Numbered from the stretch's first letter, positions 37,183 through 47,800 are shown. The stretch is DNA of 64,000 nucleotides from an uncultured Candidatus Cloacimonadota bacterium (GCA_964604155.1 CAZRXY010000117.1:3945-67944), one strand, 5' to 3'. Notes: generated by a model from the sequence alone, not told the origin. Numbers and translations: made by a program.

Positions 37183-38724
37183 CTATTCTCCTTCCAGAGA
37201 CTGCATTTTGAATTCCCAGCTATGCTCTGCCCCGCTGAGAGTCAACTTGTAATTATAGATAACCGCATTTTCGTGCAGATCAATATTTACTTCCTCAATT
37301 TCACCCCAGTGCCAGCCTTCTTGAGGACAATCGGGATATTCTTCTATATAAGAGCCCTCGCCTAATAAAGCTGCTGTATAGATCCTTTCCACTTTGCCGA
37401 CAGCGAGATTAATCTTCTGTTGGGCAGATTCTTCTGTATAACTTCTGGTTAACAACCTGTAATCAACAGGCTTCATACCCAGCCATACGCCAGAAATTTT
37501 GTGATCTAAATCAGTCTGCACAACCATATTGGTGATAGAGAGAAGACCATGGGCAAATTCTATCTGGACGTCAAATCCCCGCCAGATATTGCCATCCGGG
37601 GTTTTTATTCGTTTAATGCGGTTAACCAGATAGAGATTTTTTAGATTTAATTGCTTCAGTAGTGCCGTGAAATTATTTATGGCAGCATAATCACTAAAGA
37701 TAGTGGAATCTACTACGGTTTGCCATTCCAGGCAATTTATAAGGCTTTGCAGATTGGAGTTAATCAGGTGTTTATCATTCTCATCTTCAGGCAGGAGTAC
37801 TTTTATACTATTCCAATCTGCCTCATCAAATATGATTTCTCTTAGTGGAATGGTTCGATATGCTTCATATCCAGCCATACCGGTAATAGCCCCGAGTCTT
37901 TCTACTTCATCTCCCCAGACACCGGTAGCTTTGTCCTGAATATCTATTTGCAGCGTGATATTATTAATAAATTCATAATCAAAACCGAATAAATCTGCCT
38001 GAACATATCTTTCAGATAAGGAATAGAATTTATATTCATCACCAGCCAAAATTCCAATCCTGAGATCATTGACGGGTCTCCTATTATAGAGCATCTGTAA
38101 AATCAATCTTCTATTACCATTGGAATATGAATTTCCCACAACTTTTACCTTTAAATCTTCGACTACAAGGGCAATATTTTTGATCAATTGCTCATTATTC
38201 CAAGCCTGGTCATCAATCTCGACAATTTGTCCAGCCAGAAGGTCTATTTCTACAAGAGCCCAGTAGAAATATCTGAAAAAAAGTCCGAGTTTATTCTGTT
38301 CCAGAGCTTCTTCTCCTCGCCTGATCAATTGATAAATCTCTTTATACTTAGTTTCATAAATATCTTGCATTGTGTATTTATCTATATAAATCAGTACCTG
38401 GTATTTATCTTTTCCGGGTTTTTCTAAGATGGTGAGATAATCAATGAAGCTATCCATCCAGACTCTCACCAGGCGTTGATACTGGTCACGTTTGCCATAG
38501 CTTAATTGTCCTGCTATCCCCAGATTGTTCAATTGCCAGGAACTGATAGACTGGGCAAGTTTCTCTTTTGCAGAATTTCTCACTTGTTCAAGCTCTATGC
38601 CCTCACTGAATCCGGTAATGAGGTCGGTTCTTTTCTTCAGTGTATCCATTCTGCTTACAGATTTAGCCTGCGAAACCGAGCAAGCTAAGACAGATATCAG
38701 CAAAAAAACAAAAATCTTTTTCAT
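37183..38724 (-). CDS. Hypothetical exported protein (possible LPP20-like N-terminus)
   Basis: N-terminal signal with VLAC; AKEKLAQSIS and FFRYFYWAL segments; head of the mutL-miaA run. Confidence 0.55.
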   Translation of the reverse strand: MKKIFVFLLISVLACSVSQAKSVSRMDTLKKRTDLITGFSEGIELEQVRNSAKEKLAQSISSWQLNNLGIAGQLSYGKRDQYQRLVRVWMDSFIDYLTILEKPGKDKYQVLIYIDKYTMQDIYETKYKEIYQLIRRGEEALEQNKLGLFFRYFYWALVEIDLLAGQIVEIDDQAWNNEQLIKNIALVVEDLKVKVVGNSYSNGNRRLILQMLYNRRPVNDLRIGILAGDEYKFYSLSERYVQADLFGFDYEFINNITLQIDIQDKATGVWGDEVERLGAITGMAGYEAYRTIPLREIIFDEADWNSIKVLLPEDENDKHLINSNLQSLINCLEWQTVVDSTIFSDYAAINNFTALLKQLNLKNLYLVNRIKRIKTPDGNIWRGFDVQIEFAHGLLSITNMVVQTDLDHKISGVWLGMKPVDYRLLTRSYTEESAQQKINLAVGKVERIYTAALLGEGSYIEEYPDCPQEGWHWGEIEEVNIDLHENAVIYNYKLTLSGAEHSWEFKMQSLEGE

Positions 38725-38993
38725 ATATCCTTCCTGTTATAACCATAAGGCAGTATATGCTACCGGAGATATCAAGCAAAAACAACATTTCCTACTCACG
38801 GTCTTCATATCCCATCCCCCTAATCACACCTTTGTTTGGCAAGTAAAAAATTGAGGCTTTAGTCTGGCAATCGATTATTAATGAGGAGAAAAGATTTTAA
38901 GGGATAGATAGAGGCGGGGGTATCCGGTGCCCGGGAGAGAGAATTTGACGAGGGGGGCACTCAGGTAGAGCATATCAAATTGCTATCAATAAA

Positions 38994-39039
38994 GTCATTG
39001 GGTTCGCATCTGATATCAGGTAATAGCAAACCCAATGAC
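38994..39039 (-). terminator. Hairpin/terminator closing the NifX-ATPase operon
   Basis: GTCATTGGGTT...AACCCAATGAC stem (14 bp on the minus strand with one G-U) followed by TTTATT. Confidence 0.6.
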
Positions 39040-39076
39040 AAGTGGCATCAATCTAACTTGTATAATTGATTAAGTC

Positions 39077-39415
39077 TTAGTGATCACAGAAGTTCTCGCT
39101 GCAATCGAGCTTATCCTCAAGGTAGTCACGAATCAGGTCATGTGGTGATTTGGCAGAGGCGCCGCAGATCACTTCAATATCATTCTGCTGAAAAATTGAT
39201 TGTGCGTGCTGTCCCATACCACCGGCTATAATGAGATTTACGTTTCTTTCGGCAAGCCAGCGAGGGAGCAGTCCTGGTTGGTGAGGTGGTGAGTCGAGCA
39301 CGGTTTCATCGAGAATTTTCTTTTTGTCATAATCGATATCAAAGATCAGGAAATTCTGACAGTGACCGAAGTGCATACTAAGTTTGCCGTCTACAACAGG
39401 CATTGCTATACGCAT
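39077..39415 (-). CDS. NifB/NifX (dinitrogenase FeMo-cofactor domain) family protein
   Basis: MRIAMP, HFGHC, IAGGMG, C-terminal CSENFCDH. Confidence 0.9.
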   Translation of the reverse strand: MRIAMPVVDGKLSMHFGHCQNFLIFDIDYDKKKILDETVLDSPPHQPGLLPRWLAERNVNLIIAGGMGQHAQSIFQQNDIEVICGASAKSPHDLIRDYLEDKLDCSENFCDH

Positions 39416-39451
39416 AATTTTTCTCCTATAAATCTTATTCAGATCATATTT

Positions 39452-40339
39452 TTAATCGTTTTTAATAAAAGGCAGTAAATTTGTCCAGATTGTTTTTATA
39501 TTTTCTGCTGCCGGTGAATCTGGGATTTCTACTACTGCTTTGGCATTTTCCTGAGCCAGAGTTACATTTTTATCATAAACTATCCTACCCAGTGAAGTAA
39601 CATTCATTTTGCCTGCCAGATTTTCAATGCGACTGGTCATCTGTGAATTGATATCCCATTTATTGACAATCAGCATAGTTTTTATACCGAAGTGATTTGT
39701 GAGCGAGAGAACTCTTTTCAAGTCATGTTCGCCGGATAGAGTGGGTTCGGTGACAATAATCACGAGTGAAGCTCCTGTTATAGAGGCAATAACCGGGCAA
39801 CCGATTCCGGGAGGCCCATCGATGATAATAAGATTGTTTTTTTGATCAGAAGCAATTTTACGGGCATTTTCACGGATCAGACTCACCAGTTTACCGGAGT
39901 TTTCGGCGCCGGCGGACATTTTTGCGTGCACCATCTTTCCAATTTTTGTATCTGAGATAAACCATTTTCCGCAATTCCGCGGGGTGAATTCTATTGCTTT
40001 CACGGGGCAGAAATGCACACAAACCTTGCAGCCATCGCAGGCAAGTGGATCTATAGTATAAATATTTTTTGTAAAATTGTTCTGGCGGTTTACAGCTCCA
40101 AAGCGACAGATATCATAACATTTACCACAATTATGGCATTTCGCCTGGTCAATAAATGCCACGTGCCCAGAGATAAATTCATGAGAGACAGAATTGCGGG
40201 GAGAGAGCACCAGATGCAGATCGGCAGCATCCACATCGCAATCAGCCAGCACTGCATTATCTGCGAGGAGAGCAAAGGAAGCTGTCAGGCTGGTTTTTCC
40301 GGTTCCACCTTTTCCACTGATAATAACAATTTCATTCAT
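39452..40339 (-). CDS. MinD-superfamily P-loop ATPase with inserted 2x[4Fe-4S] ferredoxin domain
   Basis: SGKGGTGKT, DCDVDAADL, CHNCGKC...C, CDGCKVC...CP, ENSGKLV, DGPPGIGCPV. Confidence 0.92.
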   Translation of the reverse strand: MNEIVIISGKGGTGKTSLTASFALLADNAVLADCDVDAADLHLVLSPRNSVSHEFISGHVAFIDQAKCHNCGKCYDICRFGAVNRQNNFTKNIYTIDPLACDGCKVCVHFCPVKAIEFTPRNCGKWFISDTKIGKMVHAKMSAGAENSGKLVSLIRENARKIASDQKNNLIIIDGPPGIGCPVIASITGASLVIIVTEPTLSGEHDLKRVLSLTNHFGIKTMLIVNKWDINSQMTSRIENLAGKMNVTSLGRIVYDKNVTLAQENAKAVVEIPDSPAAENIKTIWTNLLPFIKND

Positions 40340-41199
40340 ATAGCACTTCCGAGAGGTTTTTTGTTTTCAATATTTTCTCTGATACCCGAGAGGATGTTTC
40401 GTAGAACTGGAATAAGTTCCGGCTTTGCTTGCAGGAGGTTATTACCATTAGAGCAGCTTTGCGCAATCTCACGTTCTTCCGGTATCTGCAGAAGTACGGG
40501 AATATCATTTTTCTCACAAAACTGAGTGATAATATTATCTCTGGCATTGATGCGGTTTACAATAACAGCGAAGGGGATTTTCATACTGCGTACAGTTTCT
40601 ACAGCGAGCGAGAGATCGTGCCTGCCAAAGGGAGTGGGTTCAGTGATGAGGATCACAAAATCAGCATCAGAAACAACTTCTACGAAGGGGCAGGATGTAC
40701 CGGGGGGAGCGTCCATAATTACAAGTTCTGCGTCACTGATCTGTTTTTTCACAGCTTTGATGAGTGGAATAGCTATAGCCTGTCCCACATCGAGCCTGCC
40801 GGTAACCAGCTTCAGATCACGGTGAGAAGATTTCTCTAATATCCCAATACGAAAGGCTTTTTCTGAGATAGCCTGAGCAGGACATATCATGGTGCAGCCA
40901 CCACAGCTATGGCAGAGATCATGAAAAATCAGAGGAGTAGAATTGATCGAGATAATTGCATTGAACTGGCAAATCTGGCTGCATAAACCATTATTATCGC
41001 ATATGTTTTCATCGACTATGGGTTTAAGAACCTCAACAACAGATTCCGTTTTATCGTTAAGATTAAGAAACAAATGGCAATTGGGTTCTTCTACGTCACA
41101 ATCCAGCAACTGAGCGGTTCCTGGTGCTGCGAGAGCAAGAGCAACCGAAAGGGTGGTTTTGCCTGTGCCGCCTTTACCTGAAGCTACAGCAATTTTCAT
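40336..41199 (-). CDS. MinD-superfamily P-loop ATPase with inserted ferredoxin domain (partner subunit)
   Basis: ASGKGGTGKTT, DCDVEEPN, CHSCGGC...CP, DAPPGTSCP, TEPTPFG.HDL. The first cluster motif reads CDNNGLC (one Cys replaced). Confidence 0.92.
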   Translation of the reverse strand: MKIAVASGKGGTGKTTLSVALALAAPGTAQLLDCDVEEPNCHLFLNLNDKTESVVEVLKPIVDENICDNNGLCSQICQFNAIISINSTPLIFHDLCHSCGGCTMICPAQAISEKAFRIGILEKSSHRDLKLVTGRLDVGQAIAIPLIKAVKKQISDAELVIMDAPPGTSCPFVEVVSDADFVILITEPTPFGRHDLSLAVETVRSMKIPFAVIVNRINARDNIITQFCEKNDIPVLLQIPEEREIAQSCSNGNNLLQAKPELIPVLRNILSGIRENIENKKPLGSAI

Positions 41200-41216
41200 G
41201 TATAATCCTTTGTTAG

Positions 41217-42071
41217 TTAGTTAGATGAAGTAATAACCCAGTCGCCAATATTGCCTTGCAAATCTCGGGCAATGATCTGGCATTTTATCTGAGTAAGGAA
41301 AAAGATATTTTTTTTCACATCGCAGAGCGTCTCATAATTAGCCTGACCCTTTGCGATGATCAAATCCGCATTATCAAATTCATTCAAAAATTCTTGTGAG
41401 CAGATTGAAAGCACTGTCCCTGCTGAATCTGTGCCATTAGTGATTATAGTGCCAAGTTTATCTATACCTGCTATCAGGGCATCAGAAATGAGGGCGTCAT
41501 TAATAACTGGAGAGCTTTTAACGGCGTAAACAATTTTGCGGGGAAGCAATTGCTCTATTAATAGGGAATCGAAGATAGTTTCCCCGGCATTGTCTGCGAG
41601 GTAGAGAATTTTATCAGCTTTTTCTAAAGCAGATCGTAATCTTTCCATTTGCTGGGGATCGATATATTTTTTAGTAGCATCATCGAGGCATTTTTGAAAG
41701 CGGTTATCGTCCCAGCCGTTATAAATAGCAAAGTCCAGAATATTTCCGGCGATAGCAAATTTTACAGCCTGCTGAAGAGGATTATCTGCTTTGAGAATTT
41801 GATCTCGTGATTGTGACATAACCTTAAGCGCAGTGTTATTTGCTTTAGACTTTATTTCGCTATAGGGGTCAGTATTTTGGGTCTCTTTTCTGATGAGAGC
41901 ATGGATTTCTCTTCCAATCATAGCTGGTGGCTGGTTATAATCAATTTTTGCCGCAAGAGAAAGGGCATGCCGTAGAACACTTTCAGCCAAGGCATCATCA
42001 GCAGATATTTGCCTTACAGCTTGAATTGCTTGTCTCATCTGGCAAGGTATGCAATCAAGGAAAGTTTTCAT
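41217..42071 (-). CDS. DUF89 / ARMT1-like damage-control phosphatase
   Basis: MK..DCIPC, DPY..K, AIAGNILD, DNAGE..FD, INDA, KGQANYE, KC. Start set at MKTFLDC. Confidence 0.88.
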   Translation of the reverse strand: MKTFLDCIPCQMRQAIQAVRQISADDALAESVLRHALSLAAKIDYNQPPAMIGREIHALIRKETQNTDPYSEIKSKANNTALKVMSQSRDQILKADNPLQQAVKFAIAGNILDFAIYNGWDDNRFQKCLDDATKKYIDPQQMERLRSALEKADKILYLADNAGETIFDSLLIEQLLPRKIVYAVKSSPVINDALISDALIAGIDKLGTIITNGTDSAGTVLSICSQEFLNEFDNADLIIAKGQANYETLCDVKKNIFFLTQIKCQIIARDLQGNIGDWVITSSN

Positions 42072-42072
42072 A

Positions 42073-42435
42073 TCACAGCCAGTGCGAGCTAGTATTTGCA
42101 GAATTTGCTTCCGGGAGTTCGCCATTTTTATATTGGTTTATGGCATCCTGGATAGAGGAAGCTGAAGTATTATATATTTTTATACCGGCGGCTTTAAGGA
42201 CGCTGAATGCTTTGGGTCCGCAATTACCTGTGATAAGTGCGTGAACGCCAAGAGAAGCTACATTTTGGGCAGCTTGTACTCCGGCACCCTGAGCAGCCTG
42301 CAAATTTTGGGCATTACTTACAATTGTGAAGCTGTCATTATCGAGGTCATAGACCAAAAATTGAGCAGCCCTTCCAAAGCGGTTATCTACCGGATCGTTC
42401 AACGTAAGTCCTGAGGCAGTTATTGCAATTTTCAT
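42073..42435 (-). CDS. NifB/NifX family protein, Orange protein (ORP)-like
   Basis: MKIAIT, DNRFGRA, GAGVQAAQ, ITGNCGPKAF, C-terminal SHW. GGAG SD upstream. Confidence 0.88.
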   Translation of the reverse strand: MKIAITASGLTLNDPVDNRFGRAAQFLVYDLDNDSFTIVSNAQNLQAAQGAGVQAAQNVASLGVHALITGNCGPKAFSVLKAAGIKIYNTSASSIQDAINQYKNGELPEANSANTSSHWL

Positions 42436-42468
42436 AATTTCATTTTCTCCTTTTTTTGATATAATAAC

Positions 42469-42490
42469 GGGAGCGGAAAAATCCGCTCCC
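42469..42490. other. Intra-operon hairpin
   Basis: GGGAGCGGA-aaaa-TCCGCTCCC perfect 9-bp stem; no clean U-tract in the transcribed direction. Confidence 0.65.
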
Positions 42491-42502
42491 AAAAAATTCA
42501 GG

Positions 42503-42796
42503 CTATTTGTTATTTTTGGCAGAAATAAGCTGTTCTATTCTTTGTGAAATACTTTCGAGCTGATTCTGCAACCAGGATTGCTGCTGCCTGAGAGCGTCTT
42601 CTTCCTGGACGTTAGTGGATGGAGCATTGTAGCCGGCACCTCCAATAAAATTGCGACCAAAGCCACGATTTCCAAAAAATCTGCCTAAGCCTCTACCCCA
42701 CCTTGGAGCAGGTTGCTCATTTCCGGCACAGTAACCTGCACCGCGTCCTGTCATAGGTCCTTGACCATTAGGTCCACTTCTGTCGAAATTCGGCAT
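42503..42796 (-). CDS. DUF5320 family Gly/Arg-rich protein
   Basis: MPNFDRSGPNGQGPMTGRGAGYC signature, GRG-rich middle, C-terminal coiled coil. GGAGGTG SD. Confidence 0.88.
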   Translation of the reverse strand: MPNFDRSGPNGQGPMTGRGAGYCAGNEQPAPRWGRGLGRFFGNRGFGRNFIGGAGYNAPSTNVQEEDALRQQQSWLQNQLESISQRIEQLISAKNNK

Positions 42797-42800
42797 AATA

Positions 42801-43217
42801 TCACCTCCTTGTGAATTTATTTTTATCAATATTGCCACGTTTACCAAGCCGGTTACCATACCCCTTTTCATGACAAAATCCTCGCCTTCTGCAACCTGGC
42901 ATAAAGCTCTGATCCTGCAATTCGCCTGATATCCAGTTATGGATAATGGTATCCACTTCACCATTGACAAACGGGATCACCATCACGGCCTGCATCTCTG
43001 CTTTATTTTGTAAATAACGTGAGATAGCTCCGCAAATTACTATCTGCACTTTGGCTTCTATGAGCTGATCTATCTTGCCTTCGGGAGAAGATGGCTTAAG
43101 TATCAGTTCAGATGAAGACTCAATCACGCCGTCTTCCAAACTTATCAATCTGAAGTGCAGAGCCTCGTCAAAAACCGGCGAAACTCTCTTGTTCCATTCA
43201 GGTACGGCTAAAAGCAT
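42801..43217 (-). CDS. NifB/NifX family protein
   Basis: RVSPVFD, VICGAIS, PFVNGEV, FMPGC followed by a basic tail. Confidence 0.85.
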   Translation of the reverse strand: MLLAVPEWNKRVSPVFDEALHFRLISLEDGVIESSSELILKPSSPEGKIDQLIEAKVQIVICGAISRYLQNKAEMQAVMVIPFVNGEVDTIIHNWISGELQDQSFMPGCRRRGFCHEKGYGNRLGKRGNIDKNKFTRR

Positions 43218-43269
43218 AAAAACTCCTAATCAACTATTGCAGCCAGTTATTGGCAGCACTTTATCAGGA

Positions 43270-43286
43270 TGCAGAAATCGAGCCAA
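43270..43286 (-). promoter_or_regulatory. Sigma54 (-24/-12) promoter of the NifX/ATPase operon
   Basis: Minus strand TTGGCTCGATTTCTGCA = GG-N10-GC, 53 nt upstream of the first gene and next to a sigma54 activator gene. Confidence 0.8.
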
Positions 43287-43361
43287 AGAAGATAAAAAAA
43301 CTTAAAGTATTATATTGCAGTTAGATGAATTATATAAACCAAAGTTCCGCAATTGCTATAT

Positions 43362-43410
43362 GGTGGCAAAATAAATACGTTCACTCCTTCACGGTTGCAA
43401 TTATGCTACC
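43362..43410. promoter_or_regulatory. Candidate tandem enhancer (UAS) sites for the sigma54 activator
   Basis: Imperfect palindrome GGTTGCAATTATGCTACC (43393-43410) and a related GGTGGCAAAATAAATACG (43362-43379), 31 nt apart, about 75-125 nt upstream of -24. Confidence 0.5.
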
Positions 43411-44782
43411 TTGGGGGCTTGTGTCTGGAATTTGGAAGTGAGATATTCAAGTTTTTAATTTTTCTATAGAGAGTAGTTTTATGGATTCCCAGTTCACGGG
43501 CTGCGGCATTGCGGTTAAAGTCATTTTTGGTCAGGGAAGCAATGATCAATTGCTTTTCGTTAATCTGGTTAAGAGCTTTAATTGAATCAATATTTTGATC
43601 AGTGTTGTGGCAGTCGAATTGTTCCGGCAGGTGAGAGATATCTATCTCGTCGGTCCTGCAAAGGACAAAGGCACGTTCTACAACGTTTTCTAGTTCTCTG
43701 ATATTTCCCTGCCAGTTATGAGCCATAAGGGCATTCATAGCAGAGGGTGTTACAGAAGCTATATTTTTATTCTGAAGTTTATTGAAGCGAGAGATAAAGT
43801 GTTCTACGAGTAGTGGGATATCTTCTTTTCTTTCTCGCAGAGGTGGCAATTTGATATTAATGACGTTTATTCTATAGAAGAGGTCTTGTCTGAACAGATT
43901 ATTTTTCACGAGTTCTAAGAGGTCTTTATTAGTAGCGGTAATAAAACGGGCAGAGGTAAATTCTGATTTAACGCTGCCAAGTGGTTGGAAGGAACGGTCA
44001 TTCATGACTCTGAGCAATTTAGCCTGTAAAGCAGGAGAGATATCGCCGATTTCATCGAGGAAGAGAGTACCTTTATCAGCCAGAGTGAATCTGCCGGGTT
44101 TATCTTGATCAGCGCCTGTAAAGGCACCTTTTTTATAGCCGAAGAGTTCGGATTCCAGGAGAGTATCGGGCAGGGCAGCACAATTAATGCTAATGAAGGG
44201 CTCATTTTTTCTGGGGCTCATGTTATGTACAGCTTTGGCGAGCAGTTCTTTTCCGGTACCTGTTTCACCTTGCAGTAATAAGGTGGAATTGCTGTCAGCG
44301 ACTACAGGGATAATCTGAAATACTTCTTTCATAGCAGAGCTGCGGGATATAAGATCGCCAATACGGTATTTCATACTCAATTCCTGTCTGAGTATCTGGA
44401 TTTCTCTTAGATCGCGAAAAGTTTCGGCTCCACCGCAGATATTTCCGTTTTTATCACGCAGAACCGCGGTGGAGACGCTTACGGGGATTTTTTCACCTTT
44501 TGCACTAATGATATAGCAGGATTTATTTATAACCGGTTTTTTATCTTCGAGAGTTTTTCTAAGGGGGCAATGATTTTCACAGAGGCTGGAACGGAATACA
44601 TCGGAGCAAAAATTACCCAGAGCTTCTGCGCGAGGTATAGCTGTTATCATTTCGGCGGCGTGATTGAAGGAAGTGATTTTCCAATTACTATCAACAGTGA
44701 AGACGCCATCTGAAATACTTTCCAGAATAGAGCTATAGCTCACTTCCGGCAGTTTTTTCTGATCGAGAGTATTTTTTGTCAT
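43406..44782 (-). CDS. PAS-domain sigma54-dependent Fis-family activator (OrpR-like)
   Basis: Cys-containing PAS (CSDVFRSSLCENHCP), GETGTGKE, ESELFG, GAFTGA, FLDEIG, GNIREL.N, C-terminal HTH. Confidence 0.92.
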   Translation of the reverse strand: MTKNTLDQKKLPEVSYSSILESISDGVFTVDSNWKITSFNHAAEMITAIPRAEALGNFCSDVFRSSLCENHCPLRKTLEDKKPVINKSCYIISAKGEKIPVSVSTAVLRDKNGNICGGAETFRDLREIQILRQELSMKYRIGDLISRSSAMKEVFQIIPVVADSNSTLLLQGETGTGKELLAKAVHNMSPRKNEPFISINCAALPDTLLESELFGYKKGAFTGADQDKPGRFTLADKGTLFLDEIGDISPALQAKLLRVMNDRSFQPLGSVKSEFTSARFITATNKDLLELVKNNLFRQDLFYRINVINIKLPPLRERKEDIPLLVEHFISRFNKLQNKNIASVTPSAMNALMAHNWQGNIRELENVVERAFVLCRTDEIDISHLPEQFDCHNTDQNIDSIKALNQINEKQLIIASLTKNDFNRNAAARELGIHKTTLYRKIKNLNISLPNSRHKPPR

Positions 44783-44802
44783 AATCTACTCCGTGAGCAT
44801 AA

Positions 44803-44833
44803 GAAAACAGCCTTTGCGGAGCAAAGGCTGTTT
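44803..44833 (-). terminator. Terminator hairpin after PFOR
   Basis: AAACAGCCTTTGC-gga-GCAAAGGCTGTTT 13-bp stem. Confidence 0.75.
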
Positions 44834-44852
44834 ATAGGGGCACAGCCGAAAC

Positions 44853-47800
44853 TTATTCTTCGGCAAGTTTTTTGAACTTATTGTATCTTTTGATCACATA
44901 GTCCTTAAAGAGAGCAACGTATTTATCTGAGTTTTCCGGGAAAGTGGTTTTCAGGCTGGAATAGCGTTTTTCGCCTTTCAGGAAATCAGCAACGTCGATT
45001 TTTATTTCGGGACTTTCGAATATAAATGGGTTTTTGCCTTCATCTATCCGTCTGGGATCATAGCGATAGAGCAGCCAATAGCCTGCATCAACGGCTTTTT
45101 TCTCTTCTTTCTGGCTCATACTCATATTTATGCCGTGATTAATGCAGGGTGAATAGGCAATTATGATAGAGGGTCCTTCATATTCTTCAGCTTCTCTAAG
45201 AGCTTTCATAAATTGGTTTTTATTAGCGCCCATGGCACAGGAAGCCACATAAACGTAGCCATATTCCATGATCATCTTACCAAGTTCTTTTTTGACTGTG
45301 GGTTTGCCTGATTCTGCAAATTTTGCCACAGCTCCGAGTGGTGAAGATTTGGATGCCTGACCACCGGTATTAGAATAAACCTCGGTATCCAGGACGAGAA
45401 TATTGATATTTCTACCAGAGGCGAGTACGTGGTCGACGCCGCCGTAGCCGATATCATAAGCCCAGCCATCGCCTCCGAAAGCCCAGATAGATTTATCTAC
45501 GAGGAAGTTTTTGAGTTCGTAGATTTTCTTCAGGATTGCTTCTGTATCTGGAGAAGCAGATTTAATTGCTGCCGGCAGTAACTTTTTGATATCAGCAGCA
45601 TTATCTTTTGCCTGATCATCTACAGATTTCCAATTATCAAGAGACCAGGTTAGCTTTTCTGACAGTTCACTGGAAGTGCCAAGTTCAAGAACTTGAGATA
45701 TCTTAGTTTTTAGTTGCTTGCGATTAGCATCTACAGCGAGTCTCATGCCCATGGCATATTCTGCGTTGTCTTCAAAGAGAGAATTTGCCCAGGCGGGACC
45801 AAGGCCATTCTTATTATGACAATAAGGAATAGTTGGGAAAGTGCCGCCATAAATTGAAGAACAACCTGTAGCATTTCCAATGAGCATACGATCACCGTAT
45901 AGCTGAGTGACAAGGCGAACGTAGGGCGTTTCACCGCAGCCTGCACAGGCACCTGAGAATTCAAAGAGAGGCTGTTTGAACTGGCTGCCTTTAACGGTAT
46001 ATTGGTCTGAGACTTTGGATAGAACATCATTTGGCAGATTATCAAAGAATTCCGCATTAATAGTTTCGCCCCTGTCGCGTTCTTCCTGGATAGGCTTCAT
46101 AACGAGGGCTTGCACGGGGCATTCATTAACGCACACGCTGCAACCCTGGCAATCTTCGGGATACACCTGGATTTTAAATTTCATGCCTTCGTCTTTGGAT
46201 TTGGCATCGAGGGTAACAAAATTTTCCGGTGCATCTTTGAGGTTAAGGGGGTCAATTAGTTTTGCGCGAATGGCAGCATGGGGGCACACGAATGAGCACT
46301 GGTTACACTGGATACACTTTTCGGGGATCCACTGCGGCACAAATGGGGCCACGCCGCGTTTTTCCAATCTGCTGGTAGCAGAAGGGATATAACCATCATA
46401 CGGCATGTGCGAAACCGGGATTTCGTCACCTTTTTCACGCATGATCTTTTCAATCACGTTGCGGGTGAATTCATCTGCATCATCAGGCACAAGCTTGTGC
46501 ATATCCATAGCCTTGCAACCACATTCGGCAGGCAATTCTATTTTTTGAATACTTTCTTTGGTTCTATCTACAGCCAGCAGGTTCATCTCAATAACTTTAT
46601 CCCCTTTTTTGGCAAATGTTTTATGGATGAAGTTCTTGATCATTTTAATAGCAGTATCTTCCGGCAGAATACCTGAGATGAGGAAATAGGCAGTTTGCAT
46701 AACAGAATTGATTTTTGTACCCAGACCAACTTCCTGAGCTATTTTGAGAGCATTGACATTATAGACCTTAATTTTTTTATCGATGATCTCACGTTGCATA
46801 TCGGCAGTGAGATTATCAAAAACTTCATCGGCAGACCAGATGGAATTCAGCAGAAAAACGCCATTTTCCTTGATACCTTCCAGAAGGTCGTACCTGCCGA
46901 TGTAAGCCTGATTGTGGCAGGCAATAAAATCAGCGGCTACAACTGTATATTCGCTTTGAATAGGGGCTTTACCAAATCGCAGGTGTGAACGGGTTACGCC
47001 ACCGGATTTTTTGGAATCATACTGGAAATAGCCCTGACAATACATATCGGTGCCGTCGCCAATGATCTTGATGGAGTTTTTATTTGCTCCCACCGTACCG
47101 TCGGAACCGAGCCCCCAGAATTTACAGGAAATAGTACCTTCCGGGATAGTGGGCAGGTTTTCTCCAACCGGAATAGACCTGTGTGAGACATCATCATTAA
47201 TTCCCACAGTGAAGCCATGGAAGCCATCATTTTCAAGGTGATCATAAACGGCTTTCACCATGGCAGGTGTAAATTCTTTTGAAGATAAGCCATATCTTCC
47301 ACCAATAATAATAAGGTCTTTTCTATCTTTAAGTGCTGCTACGGTATCAAGGTAGAGGGGTTCTCCCAGAGAGCCCGGCTCTTTTGTGCGGTCAAGGACT
47401 ACGATTTTCTTCACGGATTCAGGAATAGCTGCTGTGAAATCTTTTACTGAGAAGGGTCTATAGAGGTGGACAGAAAGGAGACCAAGTTTTTCGCCTTTAT
47501 TATTAAGATAAGATATAGTTTCCTGAATAGTTTCGCAGCCGCTTCCCATAGCGATAATGATTTTATCCGCCTGGGGATCGCCATAATAATTAAAGAGATG
47601 ATATTCTCGCCCGGTGAGATCGGAGACGGCTTTCATATATTCTTTAACAATATTGGGAGTTTCATCATAGAGTAGATTAGTGGTTTCTCTGCCTTGGAAA
47701 TAGACATCGGGATTCTGAGCTCCCACTTTTACGCGGGGAGCATCCGGATTAAGAGCACGGCTGCGAAAATCTTCCACGTATTTCATATCTACCATTTCTT

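Noticed and set aside
42073-42970. Long N-terminal extensions and overlaps in the ORF track (42970, 42492, 42125 starts)
   Set aside because: Family N-termini (and SD sequences for the first two) point to starts at 42796, 42435 and 42071, which remove the overlaps.
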